64,000 nt of DNA, taken from positions 64,001-128,000 of the IMG/VR virus record IMGVR_UViG_3300020463_002275. One strand, written 5' to 3'. Source of the DNA: a virus. Under the pieces are notes generated by a model. That model saw only the letters and a list, made by a program, of their open reading frames with translations. It had not been told where the DNA came from and made no database searches. A program made the position numbers and the translations under genes. Within the stretch, counting starts at the first letter, position 1, and every line of letters begins with the position of its first letter. This document shows positions 57,101 through 64,000 of this stretch, piece after piece.

Positions 57101-58925
57101 TGATGTTGGTGTTACAGATAATATAACTGTTAACTCTGATTCTTTTTTGAATAATGTTGTTACTCCATTTTTACAAGTTGATGGATTTGCTAACCTAGGA
57201 ACAACAAGTTTTGTAGGAAATAGAATTACAACAAACGAAAGTGATGCAGATTTAGTAATGGCACCTGCAGGCTCAGGCAAAGTAAAAATATTAGGTAATG
57301 CTTTAATCGAAAATACAATTATAGCACCTGAAGCAAACTACAGTTTTTCAAGTGCAGTAATGGAAAAAACAAGTGGTGATAGATTAATAACAAATAATTT
57401 TACCACAGCACAAATGATTGCTGGCGATATAGTAATTGAAGGCAACGTTATAACAACAAATGTATCAAACTCTGATTTAGATTTTAGAGCAAGTGGTGCA
57501 GGAAAAGTAATATTAGACGAAAACGTTGACGTAGGAAAAAGTATTTCTGTTAATACTATAGGCGGTGTAGCACCAAATATTAACGCAGAAGATATTACAG
57601 CAGATTTTGCAACAATCAATACATTTTTCTCAGCACCATCTGCCATAGTTGGTTCAATTAGTTTAGCAGGAAATAGAATTCAAACAATTGATAGTAATGC
57701 TGATTTAGAATTTAACGCAAGTGGAACAGGTAAAGTTGTTTTAGATGAAATTGTTACAATACCAAATTTAACTGTAGAAGGAAATACAAATATAGGTATT
57801 TCTACTGCACCATCTGCTACATTTGATAATGCAACAGTTACAAATAATATAATTGCTCCTAGTAGAATTACTATGGAAGGTATTCAAATACTTGGAGATA
57901 AAATTAGAACAAAATCATCAGATAGTAATCTAGAGTTAGGTGCAAACGGAACTGGTGTTGTGCGTTTCAAAGAAGACACAACAGTATCTCAAAATGTTAC
58001 AGTCAATGGGACACTTACTGCACACAATATTGGTATAGCAGGAGATGTAGATTTAAATGAACTTGAAACAGATGGAAATATAGAATTCAATGACAACTAT
58101 GTGACAACTACTGTTTCTAATAGTGATTTAGAACTAAGAACATCAGGCGGTGCGTTTATAGATTTACAAGGAATGAAAGTTAGAGATAATGTTGTACAAT
58201 CAGGTTCATCTGCAGATATACTTTTAGATCCTGTTACAAACTTAAAAATAGATAGTACAGATAGTGTTGTATTGCCAAAATCTTTAACTGATAGCACAAA
58301 TACATTTAGTAACAACATTGGTGCTATACAATATAATTCAGATGTAAATGAAATAGTAGGCCTTACAAACTCCTTTAAAAAAGTACTAGGTGCAGGACTA
58401 TATAGTGATGATTTACAAACATCTGTAACTCCTAGACCAGGAAATAAAATAGAATTTACTGCACAAAGCGTCAATAGTATGACAACATCATATGGTGCTA
58501 CAACAATGAATCGCTTGGAACTGACATCTGGTATAGATATAGATGGCAACACAATCCAAACAAATATTACAAATAGTGATATAGTGCTTGCACCTGAAGC
58601 AGGACAAGGTAAAGTACAACTTGAAAAATTACATGTACTTGATAATACTTTTACTGATACTAACACTAGCGGTGCATTTAGTATTGGCGTAACAGACAAT
58701 GGTCGTGTTAAATTTAACCAAGATGGTGCGTTTGTTATTCCTGTAGGTACAAGTGCAAATAGACCAACTGTTGCAGAAATTGGTATGACACGATGGAACG
58801 TTGCTTTAGGGTACTTAGAAGTCTATACAGCAGGAGGCTGGACAGATGCTTCAGGATCTGGTGCTACTGTTAGTGCCGCAGATATGGACGAGATAATGAA
58901 TGAATTTATTCTTATCTTTGGTTAA
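54126..58925 (+). CDS. Large tail fibre paralogue 1 (pectin-lyase-like beta-helix plus inserted beta-propeller)
   Basis: FYVDKNGNDSNVG...IHISAGEY; about 8 ITTxxSNxDLxLxAxGxG repeats; about five GxxFNxDGTKMxVxG-type blades. Confidence 0.75.
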   Translation: MAQVGRISGPLLTANLERQGKDLDFRNQQTSTPLLKLKVGTNKIGVNTTSPAFPLHVSNTIRSTELTTPTMSPGNFTISGNDINALTGSINIKSDVRSAGIATQQLLIRDNNISTTVTNAEVNLLPNGTGTIELQANTNVTGNLHATGNITLDGSLVFGDTGDDSTRLADTVKFNADIDSNIIPDVNNSFDLGANYAKWDQLNFNTIEATNILGNSIFLENGLVQPASRVGNIFYVDKNGNDSNVGDHPNGAFLTLTRALSFVDASIQGQVAIHISAGEYEETFPLTVPSNVTIIGEDIRNVVIKPTVATNTNNAFLLDGETTIENITIQDYFSPGYAFSFKPNATVTSRSPYIRNVTVITKGSVTSANDPRGYDQGDAGKGLLVDGASVTSSSQEASMLFHSVTFITPGVESVKLTNGVRVEWLNSFIYFAQQGMLLERGTTGHLSTDGSTIQYGAEMRLIGSANVYGEFGIKADGAGTNAYLINHNFTYIGTGKSTANDPTLSIHANEVVEINSGRINYATVDETGNFRVGTALFVDQQTGKTEIESASIDFTNVDTLRIVTAGSTVTIDDTRVRTDFIRLRDNKLESLVGNLKIDSAPSASVNINANTNITGNLDTSGNTTIAGSLVSLGDADTDNISFNSDVTSGMTPNVNLAFDLGSATKSWKTAYAEKLTTDAFDIEGNRITTKDSNADLVIGANPNPPTVTVGPQLSINTTENAPRGLTFNNDGTKMFVAGTQGDDIGEYTLSVAFDVSSTVTYVDSLSVINNPTAVKFNLDGTKMYVTGPDTNCLTEYNLSTAFDVSTGVFSQNSPSWKFLVTPSEDDTFGFDFNNDGTKVYVSGNQRDKIYEFNLPGAFDISSITFVQELYVGLIDIEPFGIEWSPNGKRLFIVGTRGNGIDEFELTTAFDISTATHEGFYSIGGNPSGIHISPDGLKMFVLGNQNDKVKEYSTNTAYRFVAGISKIKMGGLTTGQAFTQTDVSTLDSGDVNSDVGVTDNITVNSDSFLNNVVTPFLQVDGFANLGTTSFVGNRITTNESDADLVMAPAGSGKVKILGNALIENTIIAPEANYSFSSAVMEKTSGDRLITNNFTTAQMIAGDIVIEGNVITTNVSNSDLDFRASGAGKVILDENVDVGKSISVNTIGGVAPNINAEDITADFATINTFFSAPSAIVGSISLAGNRIQTIDSNADLEFNASGTGKVVLDEIVTIPNLTVEGNTNIGISTAPSATFDNATVTNNIIAPSRITMEGIQILGDKIRTKSSDSNLELGANGTGVVRFKEDTTVSQNVTVNGTLTAHNIGIAGDVDLNELETDGNIEFNDNYVTTTVSNSDLELRTSGGAFIDLQGMKVRDNVVQSGSSADILLDPVTNLKIDSTDSVVLPKSLTDSTNTFSNNIGAIQYNSDVNEIVGLTNSFKKVLGAGLYSDDLQTSVTPRPGNKIEFTAQSVNSMTTSYGATTMNRLELTSGIDIDGNTIQTNITNSDIVLAPEAGQGKVQLEKLHVLDNTFTDTNTSGAFSIGVTDNGRVKFNQDGAFVIPVGTSANRPTVAEIGMTRWNVALGYLEVYTAGGWTDASGSGATVSAADMDEIMNEFILIFG

Positions 58926-58951
58926 GTTACCACTTATATTATCTATATTCA

Positions 58952-58959
58952 TATAAATA
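58952..58959 (+). promoter_or_regulatory. Late promoter TATAAATA
   Basis: Exact consensus upstream of fibre gene 59066. Confidence 0.75.
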
Positions 58960-59065
58960 CAGTATAACAAAGAATTAGACCTAAAATTCTTTTGTTATTA
59001 ATACTGTGGTCAACCCGCAATGCAAGGTGGTTGGAGGGACAGGATCCCCGTGTTAAGGAGTAGAG

Positions 59066-62000
59066 ATGGCAGTAGGTCGCATATCCGGTCCGCTCTTAAA
59101 GTCAAATCTCATTAGAAATGGGATTGATTTGGCTTTTGAGACAGACCTTTTATACTTAGATGTAAATAACAACCGCATCGGTATTAATACAGCAACTCCA
59201 CAACACGAATTAGACGTTGGCGGCACAATCAAAAGTACAAATGTTGTTTTAGATAAACTAACAGCAGGAAACATTGTAATTGAGAATAATGATATTACAA
59301 GTACTTCAGGAACAGTCAACTTAGGTACTGCTGATCAAATTGTTTTCCAAAACAAATTAATAATTGATAGTTTTGAAATAAACGACAATACAATCAGAAC
59401 AACTGATTCAAACGCAAATTTAGAAATTGACCCAAGCGGAACGGGTACTATTGAACTACTAGCAAATACAAATGTATCTGGTAATTTACACGCTACAGGA
59501 AATATTAGTGCAGATGGTAATATAGTATTAGGTGATGCCGACACAGATAATATTAATTTTAATGCTGAAATTGCAAGTAATATAATACCAAATGCAAACA
59601 GCACATATAATTTAGGTACTAGTACAAAAGCATGGAATAATGTTCATGTAGAAAATGTTAACGGACAAATTATAAATGCACAAACAGCAAATATAGCAGG
59701 AATAAATTTAGGTACTAGACACGCTAATACTTTATATGTTTCAGAAAACGGTAGCAATAATAATGCAGGTAATCATCCGCAATCACCTTATCAAACTGTT
59801 GAGAAAGCAATACAAAATGCTACAGCAGGAGATACTATTCACATTTATCCAGGAGTATATCAAGAAAGACTGCCGTTAGTAATACCAGCAGGAGTTACAA
59901 TCAAAGGACATAGCATGAGATCAGTTACTATCAAACCTGATAGTGTTGACTCAGAAGATGTATTTCATTTAAATGGTGAAACAACTGTAGAAGATTTAAC
60001 AATACAAGATTTTTACTACAACAGCGGAACTGATGTAGGTTATGCTTTTAAATTTGCACCTAACTTTAAAGTTACATCACGTAGTCCATATATTAGAAAC
60101 GTAACTGTTATTACAAAAGGTTCAGTTACAAATGCAAGTGATCCAAGAGGATTTAATCAAGGCGATGCAGGTAAAGGTGCTTTATTAGACGGAAGTGTTG
60201 CACATGCAGATTCAAAAGAGGCAAGTGTTTTATTTCATGCCGCAACATTTATTACTCCAGGTGTTGATGCGTTAACATGTAAGAACGGTGTTAGAATAGA
60301 ATGGCTTAATTCATTTACTTACTTTGCTAATAGAGGATTTTATGCCACACACGGATCAACTGGATTAAAAGGTTCAGGTGAAACAGAATTTAGAGTAAGT
60401 GATGTTACAGGCACTTTTAATGCAGGTGAAACTTTTGCTGTTAACAGCATAGATGGTAGTACTGTATTAGCAAGTGGAGTCATTGACAGAAAAGATGCTG
60501 ACGGAAAATTTTACATTGATGGAAATGTACAAGGAATTACAGAAGCAACAACAAGAACTGCAAAAGCAATAGCATTTAATGGTAATGCAAAATTAAGCAC
60601 TACAACTAAAAAGTTTGGAACATCAAGTTTATTCTTAGTTTCAAACAGTTTTTTAAGTTTAGGTGCTCATGACGATTTTGGTTTTAGCACAAATGATTTT
60701 ACTATAGAAGCGTGGATTTATTCAGGTGTTACATCATTTCCTTTTAAAAATTCTATATTTGATTTTAGAGCAGGTATTGCAACAGATACTGCGCCTTACT
60801 TTTATTTCCAATCAGGAGCATTGAAATATAATGTTGGTGATGCTACAGTAATAAGTGCCGGAACACTATCTGATAACCAATGGCATCATGTTGCAGTAAG
60901 TAGATTTGCTGGTGGTACAAGATTATATCTTGACGGTAATCAAGTAGGTAGCACATACGTTGACAACAACGATTATGGAACTACAAAGCCACTTAAAATA
61001 GGAACTGACTTCTCAACAACATCTTTTTATCAGAACGGTTTTATAGACGACATAAGAATTAGTAACAGTGCAAGGTATCTTGATACAACTTATACAGTGC
61101 CTACATCACAAATTGTTGGTGACACCAACACTGTTTTTCTTACTCATTTAGATGGTGCAAATAATGCAACTGCAATTACAGAAGATGTAAAAGTAAAACA
61201 AAATTTAACATTTAGTGGCGGAGCAACTGCAAACTTTATTGACTTATACAACACAACAGACTTTGGTGCTGAAATAAGATCAATAGGATCTGCAAACATC
61301 TACGGTAACAAAGGTGCAGTAGGTGATGGTAACGGTGTGTTAATGTATTTGATAGGACACAACTTTGCGTACATAGGAAATGGCAAAGAAGTTACCAATG
61401 ATGAAACAACTGTAATACAAGCAAACGAAGTAGAAGAATTAAACAACGCAAAAGTTAGATTTACAAGTGTTGACCAAAAAGGAGACTTTAGAGTTGGAGA
61501 CAAGTTTTTTGTTAATCAAGAAACAGGCGAAGTTGTTTTTGATGCTGTAAATTTAAACATCAATACACCACAAGGTATTACTTTTGGCTCAGGCGGTAAT
61601 GTAACATTTATTGACGGTACTAAGATTGAAACAGGTGATTTTAGATTAAGTGGAAACACTATTGAAACACTTACACAAAACTTTGTTATTGATAGTGCAA
61701 CAAATACAGTTGACATTGAAGCAGATACAAACATAACAGGTAACTTAGCAGTTACAGGAAACTTTACACTTGGTGGCAATATCACAATAGGTGATGCAGA
61801 TACAGATAGTGTTGAATTTGCTTCAGATGTAAACAGTGATATTTTACCAAACACAGATAATACTTTTGATTTAGGTGCAACTACAAAGCGTTGGAAAAAT
61901 ATTTACGCTAATAATTTTGATAACGGTAATCTTAAAATTGAAGGCAATACTATATCAGCACAAGATAGCAATAGTGATTTAGAACTTGTTGCATCAGGAT

Positions 62001-63952
62001 CAGGATCAGTAGTTGTTCCTAACAATAATGTTGAGATAACAGGAACATTTACTGCTAATGATACTGCAACATTTAATAATACTGTTACAGTAAATAATAA
62101 TTTAAATGTTACAGGCGGAATAAATCAAACTGGTTCAACTACAACAATTAATGCAAACCTTACAGTGCGTGATGGATTGATTGTAGACAATAGTGTACAA
62201 TTTGAAAACATTTTTATATCAGGTAACAAAATACAAACAACTGATTCAAACAGCGACTTAGAACTTGATGCCGCTGGTACAGGAAGAGTAGTATTTCCAG
62301 ATGCAGACTTAGAAGTTGGTGGAAACATTGTTGTAGCAGGTACTGCACAGTTTGCGAACTTAGCGGCAAGTGGTACTATAACTGCTGATACTATAACTGT
62401 TAACACAGCAACATTTAATGGTCAACTTAACTTAGAAGATATTGAATTTAATGACAACTATATTACTACAACAGAATCAAATAGTAATTTAGAATTAAGA
62501 GCCGCAGGAACAGGTAAAATTGTTTTTCCTGATAACGATGTAGACATCACAGGTGATTTGAATGTGTCAGGTACTGTACAATTTAATAGTTTATCTGGTA
62601 ATGTTTATACTACAAATTCATTAACAGTAAACAGAGAACTTAATATTAATGGCCAAGTACAATTTGAAGATATTGAAATTAATGACAATTACATTACAAC
62701 AACATTATCAAACAGTGATTTAGAATTACGTGCAAACGGCTCAGGAAGTATTGCGTTCTTAAATGATGCAATAGCAAAAACTAATTTAACAGTTGACGGC
62801 ACTACTACTTTTGTAGGAAATATTACTGGTACAACAGCAACATTTGACGATGTAACTATTAATAATAATATGACTGTGCAAGGTCAAATTAATTTTGATA
62901 ATATACAAATTAATGACAATACAATTACAACAACAGAGTCAAACAGTGACTTAGAACTAGAAGCAAGTGGAACAGGTACAGTAATTATACCAAGTAACAA
63001 TGTTGTTGTCGAAAAAGATCTAACTGTACAAGGTGTATTGAATGCAGACAACTTAGATGCTTTAGGTAGAGTAACAGCAAATAGTTTTAGCACTGGTGAT
63101 ATTTTAATTGATGATAATTTTATTACAACAACACAATCCAACAGTGATTTAGAATTAAGAGCACATGGTACTGGTAAAGTAACATTAGATGATATTAAAT
63201 TTAACAATAATATAATAAGCAGTACAGCAGATATGGTGTTGAATCCAGGTAGCGGTGTGTTACAAATTGATAGTATTGATAGTGTAATTATACCAAAAGG
63301 TGCATCAGCAGACCGTAATAGCACACCAGTAACAGGTATGTTACGTTATAACACTGACACAAACAGTTTTGAAGGATATAACGGACAGTGGGTATCGTTG
63401 CATGATGGATTACAAGATGGCGACGGTGATACAAAAATTACACCAGAATTAATACCCGGAGCCAATGATAATGTTATAAGATTCTATAATGCAGGGGCTT
63501 TAACAGCAGATTTAACTAGCCAACGGTTTAGCACCAACAAATTAATTGTTGATGATATAGAAATCGACGGTAATGAAATAAAAACGATAACTACTAATGC
63601 AGACTTAGTATTATCTGGAAACGGAACTGGCGGAATTGTACTTGATCACTTCAAATTTGATGCTAATTCAATTACAAACACAGTTTCAGATAGTGTAACA
63701 CTTTTCAATTCAACTGGAACAGGTTACTACAAGTTTGCAGGAACAGGTGGAGTTGTAATACCAACCGGTAACAACGTTCAGCGTCCAACAACAAGTTATG
63801 CTGAAACAGGCATGATGAGATACAATAACGAAGACGATCGTGTTGAGATCTATGATGGAACAAACTGGGCTAGTGTTGCAGGTTCAAGCGGTGGAATAAG
63901 TAGAAATGATGCTGAAGGCATCGCACTAGAATTTGTATTAGTATTAGGATAA
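59066..63952 (+). CDS. Large tail fibre paralogue 2 (beta-helix plus inserted LamG/ConA-like domain)
   Basis: LYVSENGSNNNAG...IHIYPGVY; DFTIEAWIY...WHHVAVSR...LYLDG...GFIDDIRIS LamG motifs; 8 SNSDLEL-type repeats. Confidence 0.75.
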   Translation: MAVGRISGPLLKSNLIRNGIDLAFETDLLYLDVNNNRIGINTATPQHELDVGGTIKSTNVVLDKLTAGNIVIENNDITSTSGTVNLGTADQIVFQNKLIIDSFEINDNTIRTTDSNANLEIDPSGTGTIELLANTNVSGNLHATGNISADGNIVLGDADTDNINFNAEIASNIIPNANSTYNLGTSTKAWNNVHVENVNGQIINAQTANIAGINLGTRHANTLYVSENGSNNNAGNHPQSPYQTVEKAIQNATAGDTIHIYPGVYQERLPLVIPAGVTIKGHSMRSVTIKPDSVDSEDVFHLNGETTVEDLTIQDFYYNSGTDVGYAFKFAPNFKVTSRSPYIRNVTVITKGSVTNASDPRGFNQGDAGKGALLDGSVAHADSKEASVLFHAATFITPGVDALTCKNGVRIEWLNSFTYFANRGFYATHGSTGLKGSGETEFRVSDVTGTFNAGETFAVNSIDGSTVLASGVIDRKDADGKFYIDGNVQGITEATTRTAKAIAFNGNAKLSTTTKKFGTSSLFLVSNSFLSLGAHDDFGFSTNDFTIEAWIYSGVTSFPFKNSIFDFRAGIATDTAPYFYFQSGALKYNVGDATVISAGTLSDNQWHHVAVSRFAGGTRLYLDGNQVGSTYVDNNDYGTTKPLKIGTDFSTTSFYQNGFIDDIRISNSARYLDTTYTVPTSQIVGDTNTVFLTHLDGANNATAITEDVKVKQNLTFSGGATANFIDLYNTTDFGAEIRSIGSANIYGNKGAVGDGNGVLMYLIGHNFAYIGNGKEVTNDETTVIQANEVEELNNAKVRFTSVDQKGDFRVGDKFFVNQETGEVVFDAVNLNINTPQGITFGSGGNVTFIDGTKIETGDFRLSGNTIETLTQNFVIDSATNTVDIEADTNITGNLAVTGNFTLGGNITIGDADTDSVEFASDVNSDILPNTDNTFDLGATTKRWKNIYANNFDNGNLKIEGNTISAQDSNSDLELVASGSGSVVVPNNNVEITGTFTANDTATFNNTVTVNNNLNVTGGINQTGSTTTINANLTVRDGLIVDNSVQFENIFISGNKIQTTDSNSDLELDAAGTGRVVFPDADLEVGGNIVVAGTAQFANLAASGTITADTITVNTATFNGQLNLEDIEFNDNYITTTESNSNLELRAAGTGKIVFPDNDVDITGDLNVSGTVQFNSLSGNVYTTNSLTVNRELNINGQVQFEDIEINDNYITTTLSNSDLELRANGSGSIAFLNDAIAKTNLTVDGTTTFVGNITGTTATFDDVTINNNMTVQGQINFDNIQINDNTITTTESNSDLELEASGTGTVIIPSNNVVVEKDLTVQGVLNADNLDALGRVTANSFSTGDILIDDNFITTTQSNSDLELRAHGTGKVTLDDIKFNNNIISSTADMVLNPGSGVLQIDSIDSVIIPKGASADRNSTPVTGMLRYNTDTNSFEGYNGQWVSLHDGLQDGDGDTKITPELIPGANDNVIRFYNAGALTADLTSQRFSTNKLIVDDIEIDGNEIKTITTNADLVLSGNGTGGIVLDHFKFDANSITNTVSDSVTLFNSTGTGYYKFAGTGGVVIPTGNNVQRPTTSYAETGMMRYNNEDDRVEIYDGTNWASVAGSSGGISRNDAEGIALEFVLVLG

Positions 63953-63956
63953 AGAT

Positions 63957-64000
63957 ATGGCAACGTTTTTTAGAACAAAAGTAATTAAAGACATAGGAAC
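63957..64000 (+). CDS. Start of next virion gene (partial)
   Basis: MATFFRTKVIKDIG..., truncated by the window edge. Confidence 0.5.
   Translation, partial: MATFFRTKVIKDIG

Noticed and set aside
460-63324. Numerous antisense or nested ORFs in the track (e.g. 460..759, 19925..20476, 35909..36496, 55742..56368, 58097..58699)
   Set aside because: They are shadows of long genes on the opposite strand or frame, with no RBS or recognisable motif
1-64000. tRNA genes, CRISPR array, diversity-generating retroelement, transposase, stop-codon reassignment
   Set aside because: No cloverleaf with T-loop and acceptor stem, no spaced direct repeats, no RT or transposase motifs; conserved genes are full length under code 11

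Overview
A 64-kb segment of a large, AT-rich (roughly one-third GC by eye) T4-like myophage genome, probably aquatic and infecting a Gram-negative host. Layout: (i) 1-29063, minus strand, baseplate/spike module: tail-collar fibre, a 4961-aa wedge-like protein, gp6, gp25, PAAR, TIGR02594-type hydrolase, gp5 with a GH19 domain, hub, gp53, gp48/54-like; (ii) 29155-33884, plus strand, sigma70-driven island: gp55, gp47, gp46, SufE, GIY-YIG nuclease; (iii) a ~440-nt GC-rich structured non-coding element; (iv) gp26/gp51-like pair with a candidate -1 programmed frameshift, divergent from a tape-measure-like gene; (v) head module gp20-gp67/68-gp21-gp22-gp23; (vi) an accessory island after gp23 with a glutamine (glnA-type) riboswitch in front of an unannotated 50-aa basic peptide, a free-standing ~180-nt pseudoknotted RNA, and a BtuB-like TonB receptor plus DUF6580-like membrane protein; (vii) a fibre cluster with a 31-Cys protein and two paralogous ~1600-aa fibres carrying different inserted domains. 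No tRNA, rRNA, CRISPR array, reverse transcriptase or transposase was seen. All family assignments are from motif recognition, not from database searches.
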